The notes beneath the pieces were generated by a model. The model saw only the letters and a program-made list of their open reading frames with translations, was not told where the DNA came from and did not search any database. Shown in pieces: positions 38,646 to 50,191 of a stretch of DNA of 64,000 nucleotides. The stretch's first letter is position 1. Each line of letters begins with the position of its first letter. Source of the stretch: Dimorphilus gyrociliatus. Taxonomy: Eukaryota; Animalia; Annelida. The translations under genes and the position numbers were made by a program. The stretch spans positions 3,811,689 through 3,875,688 of the forward strand of contig CAJFCJ010000005.1 in NCBI GenBank assembly GCA_904063045.1, read 5' to 3'.

Positions 38646-41600
38646 ATGTTTATTTCAACAGGACTCTTCCTTTTAATTATCTTCTTTTCCGGCGTCACAT
38701 CCCGCCCTACAATAGATAACGTAATTGAGCAAATATTATTAAATTACTCTAGCTTTCTTTCTACATATTTAATTAAAGTTTATTCAAATAAATTCATCTA
38801 ACTATTCATATTTTTGGTGAAATAGAAATATTATTTTCATTAAAATTACCGATAATCTTTTATAAGAGAAAATTGAATTTTATTGAATAGAATGGCAACA
38901 TTATGAGATTGGATGATGAACTTTTTTCGGGCAGTATGAGGCACGAATTTGAAAATTCACTTATCTATAGACGGAAGAGAGCCGCAATTACTAATTTTGG
39001 CAATCAACCTCTTTCTAAATGGACTTTTCCAATCCGCTACTTTCTTGATCCCAAGTACAGTAAGTTTGATTTGATCTTCTTATCCATAGCAAATATAGGA
39101 GAAGGAAGGTAGAGAGATAAATTTATCTCTTGTATAAATACAATATATATACTGTATACTGTATATATTAGTATATACAGTATATTTGTAAATAGAAAAA
39201 CGTTATTCTAACGATGCTTATTATTTAGAGTTAATTTTGGGGAAGGAAATAATGAATTATTTACAGAAAATAGCCTCTTTTCTAATTCTTTCGTTATGCA
39301 GGCGATGGGGAAAAAGACATTATTAGAAGGGCTTTTAATATTTGGCAAGCTGAAACTTGTGTTGAGTTTGTTGAAGAAACTTTTAAAAGTTCTGCCCATG
39401 TTGACGTTAGAAAGTCTGCTACGACAACGGAATGTTTATCATTTATTGGTAAAGACAAAATTGAGACGTCGCCTCAGATTCTATTTTTAGGAAGTTCGTG
39501 CTTAAATCCCGTTAGTATTGTCAATAAAAAAAAGGAATACTTCATTGTAATACCACGACCTCTTTCTTTACATTCTCTCTCTCACTCCTTAAGCCATTCT
39601 TTAAGTTCTTTTCATTTTATTATTTTCTCATCTAAACAAAACAGATGGCAGTAGTTTTTTATATTTTTTATATAGTCTACTAAATCTACTTTCTATTTTT
39701 ACAAATCTCCTGGACATGCTTAGATTGGTTTGACTTTGCATGAAATTGGGCATCTTCTAGGCCTATGGCATGAACATCAAAGATCTGATAGACACAATTA
39801 TTTAAACGTTCTACTGAAAAATGCTGTTGAGAAGGAACAATCCAACTTTATAGCTGTTTCCGAAGAGTTGGTCCAAGTTAAATTCACACCGTATGATTTT
39901 TCGTCGATAATGCATTACAAAGAAAATGTTAGTCGATATTTCTATTTAAATTTAGGCCTAATTTTTAATGAGCCTAAAATTTGTCGTGTCTCCATCAGGC
40001 CTTTTCCAGAAAACCAACAAGTCTAAACACGATCGAAACGAAAAATGCCCTTTTTCAAAGGTCTCTTGGACAAAGGGAACAATTATCATTTTTCGATACT
40101 AAAATGATCAATTTAGCTTACTGTAGTGGTGAGAATCTTATTTATTACCCATCTAATACTTAAAAGGAATTGTATGAAATGGAAATTGTTAACTCTTTTC
40201 TTAGAAACCTGCATCACTCAACCAAAATTACAATGTAGTCACGAAGGTTATCAAAACCCGAAAGACTGCTCTACTTGTTCATGTCCTGAGGGTCTAAGTG
40301 GAAAACTTTGCGAAAAGTCATCATTTCAAGAGGGTTGGCTCCCTTATATTCAATTTATGACTTAACGAATGTTTTTGTTATTCCTTAGATGGTTGCGGCT
40401 CTAATATTCACTTAACTGACGATTCAGTTCAGACGATTGAATCGCCTGGTTTTTTTAGTCCGAAATTTTATCCAGAAAATTCTAAATGCACGTGGAATAT
40501 TACAACTGAACCCGGTTACAACGTTAAATTAACATTTTCTGATCAATTTGGTATCGTTTGCACGAAAAACCACTGTCAAGATTACTTAGAAATGGTATTG
40601 ATCCTTCATTTATCAACACTAATAACTCTCTAATATACTCCTTTTTTCTTCTAGAGACTCAATGGCGATTATGGAAAGCCAGGACCAAGGTAATCAATAA
40701 CTTATCTTTCTTTTTATATTTACGAATACTAAGTTAATTTATTCCAGATTTTGTTGTCAAAGTCCGCAAATGAAAGAGGTTAAGAGTGATCTTGATAGTG
40801 CATTATTGGTATTTAGATCTATTAAACAAGGAACTCAAACATCGGAGCGAAGAGGATTTCAGATAAGCATTCAAAGGGTTTTAGATGAAACCTGCGCTGG
40901 TCGTTGTCAAAATGGAGGAGCTTGTACTGGTGAAATTGACGTTCCTTGTAACTGTAAATCGGGTTTTGGAGGAAAATTTTGCGAAGAAAGTAATAATATA
41001 TTAAATATATTAGAATATTTCATGAAAAATATTCAAATATATTCAAATTCTTTCTTTATAAAGATATAGACGATTGCGTACCGAATCCTTGCAAGAATAA
41101 AGGAATATGTGAAGATAAGATTAACGCTTATAAATGTTCATGCGTTAATGGATATACAGGAACAACATGTGAAATTGAACCAATTGCACCTGACGCTTGT
41201 AATCCGAATCCTTGTAAAAATGAAGGATCTTGTTTACCTTTTAACCAAAATCAAAATTTTTTCTGCTCTTGTAAGCAAGGTTATACAGGAACTACCTGTG
41301 AAAAAGGTTTGTTTGGATTTTGCCTTTTCTCTCTCTCTCTCTCTCTCTCTCTTTTATCGAATTGTCAATAATTAAGTAAAATATTTACTCGATTAGAGCC
41401 GGCTTGTTTATCTAGCCCTTGCAAGAATAATGGTACCTGCCTCGATATTGTTGGCGGACAATTTATCTGTGTCTGTACAACAAGTTACGAAGGAAGTAGA
41501 TGTGAAAAAAGTAACTTATTACATATATTTTGTAAAGACTTTATCTGATAAAAGATATCATTATCTCTCATTTAGAAAATCCATGTTCATCTGGTATTTG

Positions 41601-43589
41601 CAATAAGGGAATTTGTATTAAAGATACTAGGGAACAAAGAGGTTATAGATGTGCCTGCGAACAAGGATATAGGGGAATTGATTGTACAATTCCAGATCCT
41701 TGCGTTTCTAGACCTTGCGGTTCCCGAGGCGCTTGCATTTTGACTGAAGGAAATAATTTTAGATGTGATTGTTATAATGGTTATAGCGGTGAATTTTGCG
41801 AAAATACAAGAGGGCCTTGCGATAATTCCCCCTGCGGCCAAAATGGACAATGTAGACCTATGGGTTCAAACTATGAATGCGTTTGCATAAATGGTTATAC
41901 AGGAACTAATTGCCAAAATTCCCCTTGTATGTCAAATCCGTGTTCTTCAACTGCAAGGTGCGAACTCGATTCGTCAAATAGCTCAGGTTTCAAATGCGTT
42001 TGTAGTCCTGGATATTCCGGTGATCGGTGTACAATTTTTGAGTCATGTCCTGCTGGCTTTTGTAAAAATGGAGGTACGTGCTTTAGATTAGCGGATGGAA
42101 GTTTCTCGTGTCGATGTCCAATAGGATATTACGAAAATGATTGTTCTACCCCTTCAATGTGTGTTACTTCTCCTTGTCAAAATGGTGGAACGTGTTCAGG
42201 AGGAGTAAATTACAGAGTTTGCTACTGTACATCAGGTTTTTCAGGAAATTCTTGCGAAAAAGTTGCTTCTCCTTGTAATCCGAATCCATGCCAAGGAAAT
42301 GGAACTTGCATAAGTCAGAATCCTCATTCGTACCAATGTAAATGTCCTCCCAATCGCTCAGGAGAACATTGTGAGAATCGGAAGAATTACTGTGACAGTT
42401 CTCCTTGTTTCAAAGGCAACTGTAATAATATGGGAAGTGGCTATACATGCACCTGTTGGGATGGTTACACTGGAAAAAACTGTGATACTCCACCAACTGC
42501 ATGCATAATTAATCCTTGTAAAAACGGTGGCACTTGTAGAACTAGTGATATATTAAGAGCTGATGGTCAAGCTTTATATGAATGCGACTGTTCCAGCGGT
42601 TACAGTGGAAGAACTTGTGAAATTGAAGGTTAATAGTCTATTTTATATCAATTTTTTTAAAGTTTAATTCCATTACAGAGAACGAGGGCCCATCTTGTGA
42701 ATCAATCAAATGTCTCAATAGTGGTGTTTGCGTATTAATGAATGAAGAGCCTACTTGTATCTGTAAAGTAGGATATGGAGGAGAGTACTGCGAAGAGCGA
42801 GGTATATATCTTCAAGTGTTTTAATGTCAAGTTTAATCAAAAATTGAACATTTGCTTACGACAGTCGAGGAAAGTGAGTGTAAGAGTAATCCGTGTCAGA
42901 ATAATGGAATATGCTACGTGGAAGGTGGTGTATCGAAATGTGATTGTCCCCTTGGATGGGGAGGAGATCATTGTAACATTCGTAAGTTTTCTCTAATATT
43001 GAGTAAATATTTTCAACGTAAGGATTAACTTTCTCTGATAGCTTGCGGTGCCTGCCCTGTAAGTGGAAAAGTTATTATTCCGGGATCATTATACAAGCCG
43101 TGTAAAGCAAAGAAGTTGGAAAACGAAGAAATGGCTTCTTATAGCGGGCATTATGGTTATGGAGGATTCCATAAATGTTGGTGGAACTGGTGGAATAAGC
43201 CAAAACCCAAGGAAGATCCTAAAGACTTTACCTGTTGCGAAGGATCAAAATTAATAAAAACGAGTAACGGTAGATTTAAATGCGCTGTAGAAGGCTGGGG
43301 TACATGGGAAAAGTGTCCAAGTTGCGGGAATTGCCAGAAAGTATCAAGAAGCAAATACGCAGTTCGTAAATGCGACAGAAATTACCTGAGGAAATACTGC
43401 AATTACAGAAGAAACGATTCAGTAGCTTATCTAGCCGTGACATCGTGTCAATCAAAATCTTGCAGCAACAAACCATGCAATTGCGCCTACTATAACTATT
43501 ACTGTTCGAAATGTAAATATGGATGTAGATTGAACAGCTCCAAAACCCAGTGTATGCCAGGAAACATAGCTGATAGATGGTATAAATGA
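38646..43589 (+). CDS. Secreted astacin (M12A) metalloprotease with EGF, CUB, 15 tandem EGF repeats and a C-terminal TSP1-like Cys-rich domain
   Basis: Exons 38646-38720 (signal peptide), 38891-39059 (furin site RRKR|AA), 39302-39510, 39724-39927 ([23 protein letters not shown] Met-turn), 39999-40128, 40205-40333, 40389-40594 (CUB), 40655-40689, 40748-40989, 41064-41306, 41397-41510, 41576-42628, 42679-42801, 42865-42981, 43042-43589; all GT-AG and in phase. Confidence 0.93.
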
Positions 43590-45140
43590 AAATCATATCA
43601 GCGACCAAAATTTTGATACTTAATCAACAGAAAAAAAAACTTTATCTTTGTTATTATCTTAATTATTCAATATTTTCTTTCTAACAAACACACTGTATTA
43701 ATACTGTATTATCCATTATTTAGAGACAACGTTTGTCTCTGTTTTACACAAAGACAAAAAGATGTTTAATATTAGTTAGCCTAATAAACGTAGATAATCA
43801 ACACCTGCATTAGATAACGATTTTGTTCATATTTTGTAAATATCACATTTTACATATACTATATAAATTTACGCCTGATATGTCACTTCAAGGAGAAGAT
43901 AACAATTCTCACTCTAAAAGAGATTGCTCTGCTAAAAAGATAGTATTAATAGAGGAAAATGAAAGAAAAAAGTATCCTCAGCTCATATCATATATAGCAA
44001 AGATGATATTTTGGTTAAGGATGGAGAACCAATTCGTTGAACTTCTACTACATACGTTTTGGACTTACTAATCAGTAAACACACCAGATTTTAATATTCA
44101 TTGAAAAGGTCTGGAGAGTTCTGGCCAGACTTGTTTATCGCAATAATTAACAATTTAATCTTCTAGGAAGCTAAAAACTGCTTTCTCTGAAGACTGGATT
44201 GAAATTGGCTAAACATTTTTTTATTATCAGAACCAAACAGACTACTTGGGTTTTTTATCAATTAAGAAAAGTAATAATTAAACCACACATGGTATTTCTA
44301 GGAAAGAGTAAGACGGTGTGCAAGGAAATCGTATAAGCTAGATTGTATTAAAAAGTATATAAGAATTATAAGTACGTCTCCTTCCTTTAATAGATTTACT
44401 ATTCATAATAGATGAGTGTCACGTCATCACCTTTTCTATCAAACACTTGAAAGTAAAGTAATAGACGAAAATTTAGAGTTTACATAACCTTTTCCCTACT
44501 TGTATATACTGCATATATACTGTTTATATACTGTATATACGAATTATATCTTTTATAAAGCTACACGTTGATACGACATTCGGCGAAAATAATAAAAAGT
44601 AGGCCTTACATCATGAGAAATAAAAACTTGCGGTAACACGCTTTGTAATCATTAAAAACGAAAGAGCAAAGTTTTCTCTTTATTCATTTATTGGGAAGTC
44701 ATTAAAATTAAGATATAAATATAATGAATTGAATGAAAAATAGTAAAAATGTATACATATTCATATATTCATACATATATATATATATATCTACTGTATA
44801 TATAAAGTATATAGCTTTGGACAGATTAGTTAGTTTCGTATAATTTAAATAAAATCACATATATAATTAATATATACATAAATTATATGTATACAGTCTA
44901 TTTATATATATGTATATATATACTGTATATATATATATTCATAGATTTATAATAAATAGGAAAGCAGCAGGATAAGAATGGAATTTTTTATTATTATTAG
45001 ATTCTTTGCTATAATCAAAATGAGACTAATCTTATCAGGAAGTAAGATAATACTAAATGCAGGCAATGTGTAATTTCTATACCTATGCTATAGTCTTGTA
45101 GAAGATAATACCCTTTCTCTTCACTGTATTACCTAGTTTG

Positions 45141-46604
45141 ATGGGTAATTCTTTCCCTAAGAATAAAGAGAAGAATCTCTCTTCGAAGGAATCAGAAGAA
45201 ATTCGGAAACAAATTCGAAATTTTTTACTTAAGAATGCTATTAAGCAAGACGATGTTCTTCAGCTTAGGCAATTATTGAGATATTTTAATCCGAATTTAG
45301 TTCTACCTAATGGAAGAACACCTTTAACGTTGGCTATTGATGAACAAAAGCATCACTCGGTAAGTACCCTACTAGTTGCCGGAGCTGATAGCGAATTACA
45401 AGACGGAAATGGGCGACACCCAGTCATTGAAGCTGTACGAAGTAGGAACGAGGCTGTTTTAAACATTGTATTGTCTCTGGTACCTCAGGTAAACGTTTAC
45501 GAATCGAGCGGAACCTCTCCTATTCACGCCGCTGCTGAGATTGGTAACCTGGCCGCTCTTAAGCGTTTGATAAATTTCGGAGCAGACGTGAATACGACAA
45601 CGAAAAATGAATCCAAAACTACTCCACTAATTATAGCTGCTACGTTCGGTCACGACAGAATAGTAGAAGAGCTTATACATAGGGGGGCCGACGTAAATCA
45701 TAAAGATTTATGGGGTTACTCACCAATAATTAAAGCTGCTTCAAACGGTCACATCAGTACCGTAAAACTTCTTTTAAGAAACAATGCCAACGTTAACGAC
45801 TGTAATCGATCAGGGGCTTCAGCTCTACAGTATTCATTAATGCATGATAGATGCCAAACTGCTCAATATTTAATTGAGCAAAATAGCAAGTTAGAGATTT
45901 TCAATCGTCAATGTCCACTACTGTTGGCGGCAACTTTGAATGGATGTATAGAATGTTTAAAGCTTCTTTTGAACAAATCATTAACATTTCATCAAACTGA
46001 TCAGTATAATAGACCAATGTTATATTACGCCTTAACTGATTTTCCAAATATTAGTCATTATTATAAAAGTTTCTCTCTGTGTAAGTGTAAAGGACGGTTA
46101 AAGATTGCTGAATTTCTCCTAAACGAAGGAGCCGATATTCGTCAAGTTTTCAAATTGAAATTTTGGAATACAAGATATAAGAGTTCAGAACAATTTGCTC
46201 TTTATAGATTAGCTTTAAGGGCTTTAAATGGTCCTGTCAACTTTGATCTCTCTCAAATGTTTCTCAAATTTTACAATATTGGTTGTCTAGATAGTCTTTT
46301 ACTACTGGTTAGTATTGGCTATACTCCAGACTTTTGCCTAATTTTATCACCCACCTCGAAAGATAAAAACTTGAAACACTTGGAAATGGAAAGAAATTCT
46401 CAACCAAATAATATGACTTTTAATGAATTTAGAGGCATAATTGGAAAGCGTCTATCTCATCCTCTCAAACTGAAATATTTATGCAGAAATCACGTAAGAG
46501 GATTATTAAGTTATAACGTAATTTTCGCAGTATCTCAATTAAATATTTCATCAAATTTAAAGAACTCGTTATTATTAAATTCATCGGAATTTTACGATAA
46601 TTAA
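45141..46604 (+). CDS. Ankyrin-repeat and SOCS-box protein (ASB-like), intronless, 487 aa
   Basis: Multiple ankyrin repeats (GRTPLTLA, GTSPIHAA, TTPLIIAA, GYSPIIKA) and a C-terminal SOCS box PLKLKYLCRNHVRGLL...VSQLNISSNLKNSLL. Confidence 0.92.
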   Translation: MGNSFPKNKEKNLSSKESEEIRKQIRNFLLKNAIKQDDVLQLRQLLRYFNPNLVLPNGRTPLTLAIDEQKHHSVSTLLVAGADSELQDGNGRHPVIEAVRSRNEAVLNIVLSLVPQVNVYESSGTSPIHAAAEIGNLAALKRLINFGADVNTTTKNESKTTPLIIAATFGHDRIVEELIHRGADVNHKDLWGYSPIIKAASNGHISTVKLLLRNNANVNDCNRSGASALQYSLMHDRCQTAQYLIEQNSKLEIFNRQCPLLLAATLNGCIECLKLLLNKSLTFHQTDQYNRPMLYYALTDFPNISHYYKSFSLCKCKGRLKIAEFLLNEGADIRQVFKLKFWNTRYKSSEQFALYRLALRALNGPVNFDLSQMFLKFYNIGCLDSLLLLVSIGYTPDFCLILSPTSKDKNLKHLEMERNSQPNNMTFNEFRGIIGKRLSHPLKLKYLCRNHVRGLLSYNVIFAVSQLNISSNLKNSLLLNSSEFYDN

Positions 46605-46905
46605 ATCAAGAGAAAGGCGAGGCGTCTCTTCTTGTTTGCTTGTTTATTTTTCATTGTCTTTTGGCTATACTGTATATAGTGGTAATATAGAATAAGGTAA
46701 TGTCTCTACTAATAGTGTTTATGCTCTATTCTTCGTCTTATTTTCATGTTTCAATAAGGAATTTTTTTAACAAAGACTAATAAATTAATCAAACAAAAAA
46801 TTAAAGAAAATATAACAAAGTAGAAGTACTCGGACATATAAATAACATATATAGAGATTTAATTCTATATACACTATATAATCTATCACTAATTCTCTTT
46901 CATGA

Positions 46906-47659
46906 CTAAACTTTATCAATAAGATCGCATTGAAGAGTTGAACGCTTTTCGTTTTCCCGAGTTTGTTTTCTCAATACTTTCGCTCTTTCTTCCATTATAG
47001 AATTATAACTGGGAGGAGGCTTCATTAATTTTTCAATTTTTTTCTCGTCTGATCTTTTAGGGGACGGAGCAACTATTTTATCTTCTTTTAATGTTTTAAT
47101 CATCTCTGTAATTGAATTGAGTTCTTTTGAGAGAATTTTATCGTATTCTTGCATCTTATTCTGGATAGGGGAAGAAAAATACGAAAAACTAGCTTGAATA
47201 TTGGTATTCGTGGAATTTAGGTTTAAAAAAAACGGTACTTACCAGCTGCTCTTGTAACCAGGACATTGCGCTGTCGATCTGCATTTTTCTTTCCTTAGAG
47301 TATAAATGATGATGTATTTCATTTTCTTTACCAATGCAATCTTTAATTATATGTTCATCACGAGTTTTGGCTAATACTGCAGCATTTATTTGTGATTTAC
47401 TTGTACTTTCTTTCAATGTCTTTTCTCTGAACGTCAGATTCGGAAAGGAATCATCTCTCTTCAGTTTATAATGTCCGTAACACTCACTATGAATCGAATG
47501 ACTACTCTTTGAAGAGTTATTCAAGTTTAGAACACCTTTTCGATGAGATTTGAGTAGAATTTTCAGCGGATTTTCTAAATATTTTTGCTTCAATCTTCCT
47601 CTAGATGTTTCCATCATTTTAATATTCGTTACATCATTTAGCGACTTATTTCTCGACAT
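46906..47659 (-). CDS. Coiled-coil protein with a FAM167/AARD-like motif
   Basis: Exons 47659-47243 (CTG|gtaagt) and 47160-46906 (ccag|AAT) join in phase 0 to give IDSAMSWLQEQL|NKMQEYDKILSKEL, resembling the FAM167 '[26 protein letters not shown]' motif. Family assignment is from memory; the 5' end is uncertain. Confidence 0.65.
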
Positions 47660-48235
47660 CTATCTTTATTGCATCCTTCGTGGGCTATCCAAAATATGAG
47701 TGGAAGGAGAATGAGGCTATTTAAAAATTCAAACGCTGCTCAACGGACAGAGGCGTCGCAAAATTTCAGGTACTATCCGTTGCACCTGTTCAACCCAGCT
47801 TTGAACTTCTTTGAAGTGTGACGGTTGCAATACTACACGCGTACTATGACTATAAAAAAACCGTATCAACTCTAGTAGGCCTAAAATTATGCACCTGTCC
47901 TTGAATATAAACTTTCTCTCACGTTGTAACGGCAGCTCATGTAAACGTGAAGAGGGAAAATCGGTTGAGAGCATGTATTCTTCTTTTCCACATAAAAGCT
48001 ATTAATGCCTTAAGCATTTTAAACATGCCAAAATTATTTTATTTATACAGTGCATCAAAACCGAAGTTTCATATAATATATATATATATATAAAAAACAG
48101 AAGAGATATAAAAGGAAATTTTCTACACATTCATCATAGAAAAAGCCGTAACGAAAAGACAGGTCTTGACAAAAAAATGATAAATTTTTCAAATATACAA
48201 ATTGTTACAACTGATGGTGACGGGGTTGATTTAAG

Positions 48236-50159
48236 TTAATAAGGCCTGTCTCTGCGATCGTTTCTTCCTGCTGGCCTCCTATCTGGTCCTCCGGGGCCGC
48301 CGCGACCACCTTTTCCACCGCCACCGCCTCCTCCTCCTCGGCCACCACCTCCGCCGAAGCTACGACCACCACCGCCGCGTCCACCTCCTCCGCCGCCGCC
48401 GCCGCCGCCACGGAATCCTCCGCCGCCTCCTCGACCTGGTTAGAAAAAAAATTTCTTTGTGAAATTGTAACGAGGCATGGCTTGAAGACTAAGTCTTTGT
48501 TTTTGCACGACTTCCCAACAGGAGATAATTGAATTGAGTTGATGATTATGCATGATAGACTAATTAGTACATGGCGTTAAGCCACCGCGGACATTTGCTA
48601 AAAAGTCACGTTTCTCATCTATTTCTTTTGATTCACCGATTTCCGATTTTTCAGTTAATGTAAGGTTAGTATCTTTTATAGTTTGTTTACCAGGCGCTAA
48701 AACGTTAATATATACCTCCGCCTCGACCGCCACCGCCTCTTCCACCTGGTCCGCCTCGACCACCGCCTCCTCTTCCACCAGCTCCACCTCCTCGACCGAA
48801 GTGTCCCCCATCGTTGACCATGCCCATTCCACCTGGTTTCGGGGCTTGACACCTATTACACGATGTCCTCCAAGAGAAGTTATTGTTTTGACAACTCGGG
48901 TTTGGACAAGTCCAATCTCCCTCACGAGGCATATCTGAACGTCCACCACCACTACCTCCTCCTCGTGGTCCTCCACGTCCGCCACCTCCTCTTCCTCCAC
49001 CTCGTCTATCATTGCCACCCCACTTATTATCTGTTTTATTAATAGTTTTTTAGAAGTTTAGATGGATTTGCTGTTTCATGCAATACGTACCTGGTCCGAA
49101 ATTGGGCCTCGTTGCCTGAACAACTTTAAGAACACTACCACGAAACTCTTTGTTATTGAAGCATTCGATGGCGTAAGGAATGGTTTGATCTTCATCGTAA
49201 AATACGGTTGCTTCACCTTTTGGAGCTCCTGTGACTTTGTCAGTGTACATTTGTATTCTTGGACCGTTCGTTTTTTTATCATTCTGTGGTAAAGCACAAC
49301 GTTACTAAAATGAACTTTTTGCTGAAGAAGAAACTGACCTTCAACATTCCAATTTGACCAAAATGATCTGCTACGTCTTTTATGGTTGCATCCAGTGGTA
49401 GGTTTGATATGAATACAGCATTGGGAATTGGAACCATTTCTTTTGGTCCGTTTCCTCCCCCTCCGTCTTCATCTGTTGAAAAAAAAAGTTTTTAAATATT
49501 AGCAGTGATTAAATTTTTTTCATTCATTGCACTCATAAGATCATACTCTCATAACTGAGTGAAACATAAAGAGTCTGTCTGAACAGTGAACCCAAGAAAA
49601 CAAAAATTAACCAGGAATAATATTTTTGTCTATTTCAATAGTGGAAAGACCACACAATACCGAATAATACAGCTTTGTCAAATAGACTGTTTAAACGGAT
49701 TATCAACCATCAATATCCATTTTCAATATCCGGATATTTGAAATTTTTGGTGGTGATTTTAACACATATCACAAAACATTCTTGTCTCCTAGGTTAAGTG
49801 TTTTACAAATAAAAATCTATTAAAATCATTTTTTTTTATAAAAAATATTGCCCGTTCAAAAAGCTTTTAGAAATAAAATGACAAAAAACAGATATTAAGT
49901 TATCATTAGATAATTCGATGTAACCATATAAATGTATGTTATTTACTTAAGAAACGTTATTAGCCTTGACTCTTTAAAAAAGAAATGTTCAGTTCAGACT
50001 CTTTATGATACCCTTTACTTTTTTTCAGAGACTTTTTATCGGTGTTAACGATAATATTGCATATGGTTAATATAGAACCATTTTTTTAAATTTGTTCTTA
50101 CAATTTTTATCGACACTCTCACATTAACAATTGGTACAGTGGTGGGTGTTGTATAAAAC

Positions 50160-50191
<32 letters not shown>

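Noticed and set aside
41587-43608. Antisense and off-frame ORFs over the EGF array and tail
   Set aside because: Shadows of the astacin gene's Cys-rich exons.
48044-48066. TATACAGTGCATCAAAA, resembling the start of a Tc1 terminal inverted repeat (similar at about 61678)
   Set aside because: No matching inverted partner or transposase remnant was found; too short to call an element.
48205-49018. Ala/Glu/Val-rich ORFs overlapping the FET gene (also 51811-52155 and 52171-52481)
   Set aside because: Alternative-frame or antisense shadows of GGN-rich RGG and SYGQ coding sequence.
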